Below, piece after piece: positions 1 through 9,545 of a stretch of 64,000 bases of DNA. Location of the stretch: contig JBHGAY010000006.1 of assembly GCA_041946735.1 (NCBI GenBank), forward strand, positions 103,084 through 167,083, written 5' to 3'. The number at the start of each line of letters is the position of its first letter. Position 1 is the first letter of the stretch. A program made the position numbers and the translations under genes. Under the pieces are notes generated by a model, which ran no database searches, was not told where the DNA came from, and was given only the letters and a program-made list of their open reading frames with translations. The DNA is from Candidatus Eiseniibacteriota bacterium. GTDB taxonomy: Bacteria > Eisenbacteria > RBG-16-71-46 > CAIMUX01 > VGJL01.

Positions 1-2
1 CG

Positions 3-332
3 GGACTCGCCGGCGTGGTCGAGATCCGCAACGAGGACGCGCGCGCGGCGATCGAGCGCCTCGATCCCGCCGCCCCCTTCGGCCTGATCCTCCAGGACGG
101 CGGCAAGGACGATTACCTCCCGATGCTCGAGCCCCTCCTCGCGCTGCTCCCTCCCGGCGGCCTGCTCGTCTCCGACGACGTCCTCTTCCCCGTGATGGAC
201 CTGCCGGAGCGGGCGCGGCCCTGGGCGCGGGCGATCGACGCCTACAACGTCCGTCTTCGCGATCTGCCCGGACTGCGCACCGTCTGGCTCCCGATCGGCG
301 ACGGCATCGCGATCAGCTACAAGGAGCGCTGA
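3..332 (+). CDS. O-methyltransferase (class I SAM-dependent, YrrM/CCoAOMT-like), 5'-truncated by window edge
   Basis: Frame is open from the window start. FGLILQDGGKDDY, PGGLLVSDDVLF and LPIGDGIAIS match the C-terminal half of O-methyltransferase family 3 proteins. Confidence 0.8.
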   Translation, partial: GLAGVVEIRNEDARAAIERLDPAAPFGLILQDGGKDDYLPMLEPLLALLPPGGLLVSDDVLFPVMDLPERARPWARAIDAYNVRLRDLPGLRTVWLPIGDGIAISYKER

Positions 333-496
333 GCCAGCCCGATCGACGTCCGCCCCTCCTCCGTTCGCTCTCCGCTTCGCCGCGTGCGCATTCCGGCCCG
401 CCCTTCGTTCCCCTTCGTTGGAGGAATCGGGAAGCGGGCCGCTCAGAACCGGCGGCCGAGACGCAGCCGCGGACACGCGACGAAGGAGGACGACCG

Positions 497-3400
497 ATGA
501 AGAACGCGAAGCGGACGAACGAAACGACGGGAGCCGCGCAGCGCGCGAAGCCGGCCGGGCGGTGGCACGCCGCCCGCGCGCTTCTTCCGCCTCTTCTCCT
601 CGCGCTGGTGGCGGGCCTTCTCGCCGCGCCCGCGGGCGCGACCGCTCCCGATCCGGCGCCCGACTGGAGCGCGAGCGGAGAAATCACGCACGCGTGGTTC
701 GGGAGCGCGGTCTCGACGACCGGCGACGTCAACGGGGACGGACTCAGCGATCTGATCGTCGGAGCGGGGAACTACGGTTCCCAGCGGGGGCGGATCCGGA
801 TCTACTACGGCGCGGCCGCAGGCATGGACTCGCTCGCCGACTGGACGCGCAACGGCGCCCAGGGGAATCAAGGGCTCGGCGTCTCGGTCTCGACGGCCGG
901 GGACGTCAACGGGGACGGCTATGACGACTTCCTCGCTGGATCCCCGTACTTCACCGGAACGAACGCAGAGGAAGGAAAGCTGCACCTCTACTTCGGCTCG
1001 CCGGGCGGGCCGGTCGAAGCGGCGGAGTACACGCAAGGCCAGCTCTACGCTCACCTGGGAATGTCGGTCGCGGGCGGGGGCGACTTCGACGGGGACGGCT
1101 ACGACGACTTCGCCGTCGGGGCCCCGCTGCTCGAGAACAGCCAGCTCGACGAAGGCGGCGTGCTCGTCTTCTACGGCCGTGCGAACCAGGCTCCAGCGAC
1201 CTACGAGCAGTGGCTGCAACCGAACATCGCGTCCGCTTCCTTCGGGGCATCCGTGTCGGTGGCCGGCGACGTGAACGGAGACGGCTACGACGACCTGATC
1301 GTCGGCGCCCCGAAGTACGCCGGCGCGGGAACGGAACGCGGGGCGGCGTTCGTCTATCTCGGAGGCCCCAACGGGCTCGGGCCGAATCCGCTTTGGACGA
1401 AGGTCGCGGCGCAGGACGGGAGCCACCTCGGCGCCTCCGTCGCGGGAGCGGGCGACGTCAACGGCGACGGCTATGCCGATGTCCTGGTCGGCGGGCCGGA
1501 CGCGGGCAATCTCCAGCAGGGACAGGCATGGCTCTATCGGGGCGGCGCGGCCGGACCCGAGGTGGATCCCTTCTGGATTGGGACGGTGAGCCAGGCGTCC
1601 GCGCACTTCGGCGCCGCGGTGGCGACGGCCGGCGACTTCGACGGGGACGGCTACGCGGACGTCGTCGTCGGCGCGCCGGGCTACAACGGCGCGGGCGGAG
1701 CGGACGAAGGGCTCGCCCGGCTCTATCGCGGCTCGATCGGCGGGCTCGTCCTCGTACGCGAGCACACCTGCGGGCAGCCGGTCGCCGGCTTCGGCGTGGC
1801 GGTCGCGACCGGGGGCGACGTGGACGGCGACGGCTTCAGCGACCTGTTGATCGGCGCGGGGCGCTGGGACGGATCGCAGCAGGACGAGGGGCGCGTCTTC
1901 CTCTATCGCGGCCACGCGCGCACGCTCGCCGGCAATCCCGAATGGTCGTGGAACGGACAGCCGGCTTCGTATGTCTACGACCGCCAGCCCCCTTCGTCCT
2001 GCTCGGGAGACTGGAACGGCGACGGGCGGAGCGACATCGCGATCGGCGATCCGCACGCTCCCGAGCAGGTCGGCCGCGTCGACGTCTTCTACGGCAGCAG
2101 CGCCGGACCGTCCGGCGCGCCGGGCTGGAGCTTCGTCGGCGACTCCTACCACGTCCATCTCGGCCGCAGCGTCGCGGCCGGCGACCTGGACGGCGACGGC
2201 TACGACGAGCTGCTCGTCTCCGCCCCCGGCTCGCTCTACGAGAACGCGGGGCCGGGCCGCGTCTTCGTCTTTCGCGGAGGTCCGAGCGGACTGTCCGGCT
2301 CGCCGGACCTGGTCCTCGAAGGAGAGCAGGACGGCTCGCTCTTCGGGCACGGCCTCGCCTGGGCGGGGGACGTCGACGGCGACGGCTACGGAGACGTAGT
2401 CGTCGGGGCCCCGCGGCACGGATCGGTCGACGCGCCGAGCGGCCGGCTGCTCCTCTACCGCGGGGACCCGGATGCGCTGCTCCATCCTGCTCCGCTGGTC
2501 GCCGACGGAGCGCCCGGCGAAAGGCTGGGCCACACGATCTCGGCCCCGTGCGACTTCGACGGCGACGGCTATGGCGACTGGGCGGTCGGCTCGCCGGATG
2601 CGCGCGACTTTGGCAACCGCGCCGGGAACGTGCACGTCTACTTCGGCGGTGAGAGTCCCAACCTGGTTCCGGATGTCGTCCTGCGCGGCGGCACCAATCC
2701 GACGGCGTTCGGATGGTCCGTCCTCGCGTGCGATCTGACCGGCGACGGGCGCTCGGACCTGCTGATCGGCGAGCCGTACTACGACGACGGATCGAACCAG
2801 AATCGCGGCCAGGTCATCCTCTATCTGGGGACGGCCACCGGCCTCTCGCTGTTCCCTCTCTGGGGACGGGTCGGCGAGATCGACAACGGCAACCTCGGCT
2901 ACGCGCTGGCGAGCGCCGGGGACGTCAACGGAGACGGGAGGGAGGATCTGCTCATCGGCGAGCCCGGTTACGGCAGCGATCCGTCGCAGGAGCAGGAGGG
3001 ACGGATCCACCTCTTCGTCGCTCCGCTGACGCTGCAGGGCGGGCCGGCATGGACGAAGGAGGGCGGCAAGGCGGACGCGCGCCTCGGCTCGGTGGTCGCG
3101 CGCGCCGGCGACGTGACGGGCGACGGGTTCGCGGACTTCCTGGGCGGCGGCCGGATGTCCGGACCGGGCGACGACGCATCGTTCTTCGTGCAGTTCGGCG
3201 GCGGACGGCGCGGCGTCGAGCGCCCGCTCGCGCAGAAGCGCGGCGACGGAAGCGGGATCCGGCTTCTCGGCGGCACGCGGGACGACGCCTTCCGCATCCT
3301 CTGGACGGGTCGAAGCGCGGCGGGTCGCGACCGGATCCGTCTCGAGCGGGAGATCGCGTCGTCGGGGCAGCCGTTCTCCGGGGGCGGGGAGATCGTCGCC

Positions 3401-3928
3401 GGTCCGCTCGAGGACACCGGCGCGCCGGTGCAGGGCTACGGCAGCCGCATCGTCTACGACGAGACGATCGCGGGGCAGCCGGCCGGCGGGCTTCATTGGC
3501 GGGTGCGCGTGCGGAGCCGCTCCCCCTTCTTCCCCGGTTCGCCCTGGTTCACGCTGGCCGGCAACGCGGCCGCCGAGGACGACATCCGCGTGACATTGCC
3601 TGCGGGGGCCGGCCTCGACGGCGCGAGCGGGAACGAGCGGCTCCCGGGCGCGCTGCGGATCGCGGGCGCGAACCCGTTCCGCGATGCCGCGAGCATCGCC
3701 TACACCCTCTCCACTCCCGCGCGGGTCGACCTCGCGGTCTTCGATGCAGGAGGAAGGAAGGTGGCGCAGCTCGTGGACGGGGAGCGGCCGGCCGGCCGGC
3801 ACCTCGTCGACTGGGCTGCGGGCGATGGCAGCGGCGGGCGGACGGTCCCCTCCGGGATCTACTTCGTCCGGCTCTCGGTCGGGTCCTCGGAGCCGCCGGA
3901 AGTCCTGCGAATCACGCGCGCTCGCTGA
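497..3928 (+). CDS. Secreted FG-GAP/integrin-alpha repeat protein with C-terminal FlgD-Ig/secretion-tail-like domain
   Basis: GGAGG RBS upstream and a hydrophobic signal peptide. More than 12 repeats of FG.sVa.aGDvnGDG.dD.lVGAP. C-terminus NPFRDAASIAYTL..VDLAVFDAGGRKV..PSGIYFVRL. Confidence 0.9.
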   Translation: MKNAKRTNETTGAAQRAKPAGRWHAARALLPPLLLALVAGLLAAPAGATAPDPAPDWSASGEITHAWFGSAVSTTGDVNGDGLSDLIVGAGNYGSQRGRIRIYYGAAAGMDSLADWTRNGAQGNQGLGVSVSTAGDVNGDGYDDFLAGSPYFTGTNAEEGKLHLYFGSPGGPVEAAEYTQGQLYAHLGMSVAGGGDFDGDGYDDFAVGAPLLENSQLDEGGVLVFYGRANQAPATYEQWLQPNIASASFGASVSVAGDVNGDGYDDLIVGAPKYAGAGTERGAAFVYLGGPNGLGPNPLWTKVAAQDGSHLGASVAGAGDVNGDGYADVLVGGPDAGNLQQGQAWLYRGGAAGPEVDPFWIGTVSQASAHFGAAVATAGDFDGDGYADVVVGAPGYNGAGGADEGLARLYRGSIGGLVLVREHTCGQPVAGFGVAVATGGDVDGDGFSDLLIGAGRWDGSQQDEGRVFLYRGHARTLAGNPEWSWNGQPASYVYDRQPPSSCSGDWNGDGRSDIAIGDPHAPEQVGRVDVFYGSSAGPSGAPGWSFVGDSYHVHLGRSVAAGDLDGDGYDELLVSAPGSLYENAGPGRVFVFRGGPSGLSGSPDLVLEGEQDGSLFGHGLAWAGDVDGDGYGDVVVGAPRHGSVDAPSGRLLLYRGDPDALLHPAPLVADGAPGERLGHTISAPCDFDGDGYGDWAVGSPDARDFGNRAGNVHVYFGGESPNLVPDVVLRGGTNPTAFGWSVLACDLTGDGRSDLLIGEPYYDDGSNQNRGQVILYLGTATGLSLFPLWGRVGEIDNGNLGYALASAGDVNGDGREDLLIGEPGYGSDPSQEQEGRIHLFVAPLTLQGGPAWTKEGGKADARLGSVVARAGDVTGDGFADFLGGGRMSGPGDDASFFVQFGGGRRGVERPLAQKRGDGSGIRLLGGTRDDAFRILWTGRSAAGRDRIRLEREIASSGQPFSGGGEIVAGPLEDTGAPVQGYGSRIVYDETIAGQPAGGLHWRVRVRSRSPFFPGSPWFTLAGNAAAEDDIRVTLPAGAGLDGASGNERLPGALRIAGANPFRDAASIAYTLSTPARVDLAVFDAGGRKVAQLVDGERPAGRHLVDWAAGDGSGGRTVPSGIYFVRLSVGSSEPPEVLRITRAR

Positions 3929-4123
3929 CGCGGCGGAGGGGCGTTGACTCAGCCGATCTCTACCCAGCGCGCTCCCGTTGCTTCACGCAAAGTGCTACCC
4001 GGCCGGGCAGGCTGGGGGGCAAGCATGAGGGAGCGGATCGACATGGGCAACGCGCAGGGAAGTGATCCGAGTTCTGGAGCAGCGATACCGATATGCGAAC
4101 CGGCCGGAGAAGAGCCGGATCCT

Positions 4124-4202
4124 GACGACGAGGAATTCGACCGCAATGATTCCTCGAACGCGGTTCATGAGAAACGCGCGCCACCTTGCGGACGGCGGCC
4201 GC
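4124..4202 (-). mobile_element. 79-bp remnant of DDE integrase/transposase gene (copy of 10250-10328)
   Basis: Manual alignment to 10250-10328 gives 69/79 identical bases in the same orientation. Translates RPPSARWRAFLMNRVRGIIAVEFLVV versus RPPSATWRAFLKNHVREIIAADFFVV. Confidence 0.8.
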
Positions 4203-4280
4203 AAGCGGCGAGCGATCGGGACCGTAAGAGGAAGATAGAAACGGAGAGTCTTCCGCAGAAGGCGGACGCTTCGAAACCCC

Positions 4281-5012
4281 TCACTGCCGGTACGGCAGCT
4301 CGTGCTCCCAGCACCGATGCAAGTCGGCTGCGTCTCGAATGTCGCGCACGAGCCTGCCCCGCTCGAGAACCAGAAACCGGGAGCAGGTCTGGGAGGCGAA
4401 GTCGAGATCGTGGGTGGCCACGAGCATCGCTGCTGGCAGATCGCGCAACAATCGCGCGAGGCGTCGCCGGCCGGGTGGATCCAGCCCGGCAGAGGGCTCA
4501 TCAAGAAGCAAGACCGCGGGATCAGTGACCATAGCGCCCGCAAGTGCCACGCGCTGCTTCTGGCCGTGGGAAAGATGGTGAACAGCGGATTCCGCCAGCT
4601 CGCTGATCCCGAGGGACTCGAGGATCCGCATTGCGCGCTCCGATGCCTCGCGCGACGGCAGCCCGCGACGCACCAGCCCGAACGCCACGTCCTCGATCAC
4701 CTTGGGAAAGAGCAGCTGATTCTCCGGCACATTGAAGAGAAAGCCGACTCGATTGCGGATCTCGGGCGCCGACCGCCTGGAGAGCGGAGTCCCGGTGACG
4801 AGGATCCTGCCTTCGTGCGGGACCAGTCCGACCACCGCCATGAGCGCCGTCGTCTTGCCCGATCCGTTGAGTCCGATCAACCCTACTCGTTCGCCGACCG
4901 CGACCGAGAAGGAAACGCCGGCCAACACCGACGGCGCCGCCGGCTCATATCGGACAGTGACTTCGCGGAACTCGAGGCCCGGCTCGGTTCGGCCCTGAGA
5001 CGGATCGGTCAC
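4281..5012 (-). CDS. ECF transporter ATPase (CbiO/EcfA-like)
   Basis: GTG start overlaps the TGA of the upstream gene. Walker A GLNGSGKT, signature LSHGQKQR, Walker B LLLDEP, ATHD switch. Confidence 0.9.
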   Translation of the reverse strand: MTDPSQGRTEPGLEFREVTVRYEPAAPSVLAGVSFSVAVGERVGLIGLNGSGKTTALMAVVGLVPHEGRILVTGTPLSRRSAPEIRNRVGFLFNVPENQLLFPKVIEDVAFGLVRRGLPSREASERAMRILESLGISELAESAVHHLSHGQKQRVALAGAMVTDPAVLLLDEPSAGLDPPGRRRLARLLRDLPAAMLVATHDLDFASQTCSRFLVLERGRLVRDIRDAADLHRCWEHELPYRQ

Positions 5013-5770
5013 TGCCGTATTTCCCAGCGCAGCGCTACGGCCCCTGCGAGCAGTCCGGACGCGAGTAGAAGAACAGCCACATCGCGGGCCTGCAGCCGAC
5101 GTCCATGAAAGCAAGGGATCGTGTCCTGCCCGTATCCTCGGATCTCCATCGCGGAGGCGACCTCCTCCGCCCGGACCACGACCCGAGGGATCCAGACCTG
5201 GGGAAGCGAAACGAGAATTCGCCACGCCGTCCTGCCGGAACCCGACGCCCCGCGGACCGCCATCGCAGACGCCACCTGTCGCGTCTCGTCCAGCAGCGTG
5301 CCGGCCTGATGGATGATCTGCAGCAGAATCGCGGAGACGTGGCGAGGAATCGGAAGTTGCACCAGTCCCTCGCGGAGATCGCTTGCAGTCAGGGACGTGA
5401 CGACACCCAGCATCACGAGCATGCCGCTCAACCCCCGCACGAACATGCTCCATGGGACCGCGACAGAACGCCCCCAACTCCACGCCGCACCGGCCGGCGC
5501 ATTCCGGATCAGAGGCGTCAGAATGAACGCCGGCAGCAAGAAGGAAAGCCCCAGAAGCACCACTCTTCCGATGGTTCCGAGCGGCGGACTGCAGAGAAGG
5601 AGCCAGGCCGCGGTCCCTCCCGCGACGCAGGCAAGGCCCGCCAGGCCCGTCACAGGCGCGGCCATGCAAACGGCGAAGAGCATCAGCCCGGCCAGAACGC
5701 GGGTCTGCGGCGTGAGCCGGGTGGCCGGTCCGCGCGCGCATCCCCAGAGGCCGTGCCACGAGGTGCGCAC
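5009..5770 (-). CDS. ECF transporter transmembrane T component (CbiQ/EcfT-like)
   Basis: Multi-TM N-terminal half. C-terminal AMAVRG and AMEIRG Ala/Arg-Gly coupling motifs. Adjacent to the ATPase. Confidence 0.85.
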   Translation of the reverse strand: MRTSWHGLWGCARGPATRLTPQTRVLAGLMLFAVCMAAPVTGLAGLACVAGGTAAWLLLCSPPLGTIGRVVLLGLSFLLPAFILTPLIRNAPAGAAWSWGRSVAVPWSMFVRGLSGMLVMLGVVTSLTASDLREGLVQLPIPRHVSAILLQIIHQAGTLLDETRQVASAMAVRGASGSGRTAWRILVSLPQVWIPRVVVRAEEVASAMEIRGYGQDTIPCFHGRRLQARDVAVLLLASGLLAGAVALRWEIRQ

Positions 5771-5776
5771 CGCGAC

Positions 5777-6388
5777 CTACCCGACCGGCTTGGCAGCCGA
5801 GAGAATGTAGCTGTCCGGCGTTTCAACTGCGGTTGTCACCTCGAATCCTTGCGCCGTGAAAAGGTCCGCGAGATCCTGCACCGGCGGTAAGTGATCCCGG
5901 CAGATGGCCTCACCTGCGTCCGCGTGCACCTGGTTCACGCGCTCACGCGAAATCAGGTGCCACACGTGAACCCGCCCGCCCGGTCGCAGGACGCGGCGGA
6001 GTTCGCGAGCGACATCCTTCGGATCCTCGAAGTGCGGCCAGACCGAGTAGCAGATCGCACGGTCGCACGAGCCGTCACCGAGAGGGAGGTGCTCCGCTTC
6101 GGCCAGATGCCACCGAACACGAGCGTCGGAGACTTTCCCGCGCGCCGTTTCGATCATGCGCGGCGAGATGTCGACGGCCTCGACTCGCCCGTCGGCCGAC
6201 AGATGATTGAGCAATGCCGTAGTAAGGTTGCCGGTCCCGCACCCGATATCGAGCACGGTTTCCCCGGTGCCGACGCCGAAAGCACGCAGCCCGTCGTCGA
6301 ACTTTCGCGCCAGGGATTTCAGGCATTCCCATCCGTCCCATTGCTCGGCAATACCGTCGAAGAACGCGACCTTGGAATGGTTACTCAT
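5777..6388 (-). CDS. Class I SAM-dependent methyltransferase
   Basis: VLDIGCGTG motif I, AVDISPRM, AEHLPL, RVLRPGG. Confidence 0.9.
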   Translation of the reverse strand: MSNHSKVAFFDGIAEQWDGWECLKSLARKFDDGLRAFGVGTGETVLDIGCGTGNLTTALLNHLSADGRVEAVDISPRMIETARGKVSDARVRWHLAEAEHLPLGDGSCDRAICYSVWPHFEDPKDVARELRRVLRPGGRVHVWHLISRERVNQVHADAGEAICRDHLPPVQDLADLFTAQGFEVTTAVETPDSYILSAAKPVG

Positions 6389-6926
6389 AGAGGGTTGTCT
6401 CCGATCCCGAGGCGAGTCGGACAGACCTTCGGCAAACGGTGACCAAAGGCGGGACGACCATGATCATGAGCACGATGCCGGGCCATCCGCTGAGGAGCGA
6501 GAGGCCTGCCATGAATCCCGCGGGGAGATGAATGACCAGTGAGAATGCGTAGACGAGTCCGACGTAGAGGAAGCGCCCGAAAAGCAGGACCGGAACCAGG
6601 ATCAGCCAGGCGTTCGCCCGCAGCCAATGGCGGGCGGCGATGGCGATCAACCCCGCCATCAGTGCCAGCTCGATGGCCATGAAGACCGCGACCGGCGGAT
6701 AGAACGGCGGCATACCCATCAGGGCGCCCGAAAGAAGCGGGGTCAGGAGAGCGGTGACCGCCGCGGGCCACGGACGGACAAAGAAAGGAAGCGTCACCAG
6801 GGGCAGGTACATCGGCATGAAGACGTGCCCCAGATGAACCAGGTGAAAGATCGTGGGCAAGAGCAACGCGATTGCTCCGAACATCCCGCAATAGGCCAGT
6901 TCCCTTGCAGACAGCCGCGTCCCCAT
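6381..6926 (-). CDS. ECF transporter substrate-binding S component (specificity unknown)
   Basis: 181 aa with ~5-6 TM helices and N-terminal RELAYCGMFGAIALLLP..FH, typical of ECF S components. Lies in an operon with T and A components. Confidence 0.75.
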   Translation of the reverse strand: MGTRLSARELAYCGMFGAIALLLPTIFHLVHLGHVFMPMYLPLVTLPFFVRPWPAAVTALLTPLLSGALMGMPPFYPPVAVFMAIELALMAGLIAIAARHWLRANAWLILVPVLLFGRFLYVGLVYAFSLVIHLPAGFMAGLSLLSGWPGIVLMIMVVPPLVTVCRRSVRLASGSETTLYE

Positions 6927-6947
6927 CGGATCCCGGTCCTTCCGTGA

Positions 6948-9002
6948 CTAGAAGTCGGCCTTGAGCCCGCTCATCCATACCTGCCGGGGCATCGGGTATC
7001 CTGGCCGGTACTCGTATCGTTCGCCGGTGATGTTCTCACAGGCGAGGAACAGCTCGGCTTGCGATGCGTTGATCGGCAGGCGATAGCCGAGGCGTCCATT
7101 GAGCACGAAGTGTCGTTTCACCCGAGCCGTGGGGGACTCGTAGTCGGCCGGCGCGGCGAACCGGGGATTGAGGATGAACTGCGCGTCGCACCAGGCGGCA
7201 TCGAGGCTCAGCCCGAGTGCGCGGGTCAGCCTTGAGTTGAACCCTGCAGTGACGGCCCAGTCCGGCGCGTTCGGCAGGTCCTTCGGGGTCGGATGCATGA
7301 GCGTCACTCCAGCGAAGAGCGTGGAGGAACCGGCCTCGGTGGAAAGGCTCGTCTCCACGCCACGGTTGATGTATCGCCCGTCGTTATCGAAGCGCGGAGG
7401 CTGAAAGGGAGGCGGAGGCGGAATCACAGGCGGAACCCAGTGGAGCGCCGAGCGCACCTCGTCGTAGAACGCGTTCACCTCCAAATCGCACTTCGCATAC
7501 GGACGGAACCTCAAGCCCACCTCGTTGTGGTCGAGAAGCTCCGGGCTCAGGCTCTTCCACTCGTCGGGGCGGCCCCAGCTGTCGTACATCGCCGCGACGT
7601 AGACGCCCGGCAGGTTGAAGGCGCGGCTGTGCTGGATGTTCAGGCGGGTACGTCCCCGTTCGGCGGTTACACCTCCCTGCCACCCCCAATCCGAGCCGAA
7701 GAAGCGGCTGTCGTTGTAGCGTGCGCCGATCGACGGTGTCAGATGCCAACCGCCCACGGGATCACTAGCAAGAGGAAACGTCCGGGCCAGGGCCAGATAG
7801 GGCGCTCGATTGCGGAATTGGTGCGCCGACTCGGGTTGGTCGCCTGTCGCGAGCTTGTTCCGGGTCTTGCCTCCGTAGAAGTCCTGGTCGTATCCCAGAG
7901 TCAATGCAACTGCCGCGGGCAGCGGCACCGATTCCTGGAGGTGCAAGCCGTAGTTCTGGTAATCGGTCATCGTGGTGAAACTCTGTGCGGGCGCTCCGCC
8001 GCCCGGCGAGTCCCACTGGAGCCAATCCAAGTGTCCGTCCTCGAGGTAGACCTTGACCGTGCCCGTGGCGGGCCCGATCCGATGCGCCATCGTGGCCAGA
8101 TACAGCTCGGTGTCAGTCCGGAAGGTAGGAACGCGAAATGCAGGGTCTGCGAGTGGCCACGGATCCTTGGTCGAGCCGGGATCCTCGTCCTTTCCGTCCG
8201 TGTGCTCGACTTGGAAGTTCCAGTCCCAGCCCTGCGCGATCTGGTAGCCCGCTCGGCCATAGAGTGATTCGGTTCTGCCGGCAGCGAGGTCGCGCTGGCC
8301 ATCGCTGCGGTTTCGGCCTGCGCTCAGGTAGTAGTCGAAACGGCCGGTTTGGCCACCGTGGCGGATGACCCCGGACGACGTGTTATATCGCCCGAAAGCG
8401 CCCTCGACCGAGGTTTCGTACCCCGGCGCCGTTCGGCGGAGTGGCACCAGGTTGACGGTGCCGAAGGCCATGTTGCCTTGCAGCACCGGCTGCGCGCTCT
8501 TGCGAACCTCGATGCCGCCAGACGATTCCAGGGAGAGTGCGTCCATGATCGGATGGGTCCATACGCCCACGAATCGAGGGATGCCATCGAAGAGGGTGCT
8601 GACTTCGGCGCCGGGGCGGCCGGAGCCGAGCCCCCGAATGTAGACCGCCCCTCCATCCCCACCGCCGTATCCGCCGACGAGGTCGTAGCGCGAGATCGCC
8701 ACGCCCGGAAGCCTGCGCAGCGCGGAAGGGAGATCCAGCGCGTTCATGTCGCTGATCTGCCTGGGGCCCATGATCGTCACCAGGCCGCCCAGTCGATCCA
8801 GGCGCGTGTCCTCCAGGATCGGCCGGTCTGCCGTGACCACGATCTCGGGGAGAACGATGGCCTTCTTCGGGTCCGGCCCCTTCTCCTTCGATGTTGCCGT
8901 CGAGACCGAGCCAGCGGTCGCAGGCGCTGTGACCAAGAGCATTCCAGGCAGCAAGAGCCCCAGGCCCGCGAGCGCCCTCCTCAACCGGTGAGCCAATGTC
9001 AT
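6948..9002 (-). CDS. TonB-dependent outer-membrane receptor
   Basis: Signal peptide, TonB box EIVVTA, plug motifs LRRLPGV / YIRG / DGIP / IEVRK..GTVNLV, and C-terminal ENITGERY..MPRQVWMSGLKADF. Confidence 0.92.
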   Translation of the reverse strand: MTLAHRLRRALAGLGLLLPGMLLVTAPATAGSVSTATSKEKGPDPKKAIVLPEIVVTADRPILEDTRLDRLGGLVTIMGPRQISDMNALDLPSALRRLPGVAISRYDLVGGYGGGDGGAVYIRGLGSGRPGAEVSTLFDGIPRFVGVWTHPIMDALSLESSGGIEVRKSAQPVLQGNMAFGTVNLVPLRRTAPGYETSVEGAFGRYNTSSGVIRHGGQTGRFDYYLSAGRNRSDGQRDLAAGRTESLYGRAGYQIAQGWDWNFQVEHTDGKDEDPGSTKDPWPLADPAFRVPTFRTDTELYLATMAHRIGPATGTVKVYLEDGHLDWLQWDSPGGGAPAQSFTTMTDYQNYGLHLQESVPLPAAVALTLGYDQDFYGGKTRNKLATGDQPESAHQFRNRAPYLALARTFPLASDPVGGWHLTPSIGARYNDSRFFGSDWGWQGGVTAERGRTRLNIQHSRAFNLPGVYVAAMYDSWGRPDEWKSLSPELLDHNEVGLRFRPYAKCDLEVNAFYDEVRSALHWVPPVIPPPPPFQPPRFDNDGRYINRGVETSLSTEAGSSTLFAGVTLMHPTPKDLPNAPDWAVTAGFNSRLTRALGLSLDAAWCDAQFILNPRFAAPADYESPTARVKRHFVLNGRLGYRLPINASQAELFLACENITGERYEYRPGYPMPRQVWMSGLKADF

Positions 9003-9076
9003 GCACCGCCCCTCCCTTCCCCTCCGAGTCCACTCACGAGGGCCTGCACCGCTCCGCGCGGCGAGTGCAGTCTTCT

Positions 9077-9490
9077 CTAGGTCAGTCCCTTGCCGGTCGT
9101 TGCCGGACTGAGGTTGCCACTCTTCACGCCCTTGAGCGTCGTCAGGCGGTCAGCCAGGTCCCTGACTTTCGAGGCCTTTCCCTTGACGATGACGATCTCC
9201 AGGCAGTTGTGATGATCCATGTGAACGTGCGTCGTGCTGACGATCGAAGCCTGGCAGTCATGCTGGATCTGGGTGATGCGGTTGAGGAGATTCGGCTGGT
9301 GGTGATCGTAGACCATGGTGATCACCCCCATGACGTCTGCCTTGCCACCTTGCCACTCGTCCGCGACCAGCGCGCGACGGATCAGGTCACGCACACCCTC
9401 CGACCGGTTCTCATAACCGTGGACCTCTAGGAACCGGTCGAACCGATCCAACAGACCCGCGTCCAGAGTTGCCGAGAATCGCTCCACCAT
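9077..9490 (-). CDS. nikR: Nickel-responsive transcriptional regulator NikR
   Basis: RHH N-terminus RFSATLD..NRSEGVRDLIR. Ni-site motifs YDHH, QH and THVHMDHHNCLE. Confidence 0.95.
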   Translation of the reverse strand: MVERFSATLDAGLLDRFDRFLEVHGYENRSEGVRDLIRRALVADEWQGGKADVMGVITMVYDHHQPNLLNRITQIQHDCQASIVSTTHVHMDHHNCLEIVIVKGKASKVRDLADRLTTLKGVKSGNLSPATTGKGLT

Positions 9491-9491
9491 G

Positions 9492-9518
9492 GTAATACGA
9501 ATCCTCCACCAGTAATAC
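9492..9518. promoter_or_regulatory. Putative NikR operator GTAATAC-N13-GTAATAC spanning the nikR RBS and -10 element
   Basis: Two quasi-palindromic heptamers (9492-9498 and 9512-9518) 13 bp apart, an AT-rich patch in a GC-rich background, directly upstream of the nikR ATG. Confidence 0.7.
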
Positions 9519-9542
9519 TACCGATGCTGATGCGGCTGTCAA
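9515..9542 (-). promoter_or_regulatory. sigma70-type promoter of the nikR operon
   Basis: Minus strand reads TTGACA (9542-9537), 16-bp spacer, TAGTAT (9520-9515). Confidence 0.7.
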
Positions 9543-9545
9543 GAC

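Noticed and set aside
443..3802. Very long antisense or alternate-frame ORFs (e.g. 443-3802, 11366-14662, most of 17908-22116, 15326-17293, 61566-63638)
   Set aside because: Shadow ORFs expected in high-GC DNA. They are Arg/Pro/Ala-rich, lack family motifs and overlap well-supported genes. Only the motif-bearing 3' parts of 17908-22116, 14628-16046, 23247-25646, 4281-5759 and 52570-54123 were kept.
9010..9076. Possible cobalamin or NiCo riboswitch ahead of the TonB receptor
   Set aside because: The gap is only ~75 bp with one hairpin (9044-9070); no B12 box or four-way junction is recognisable.
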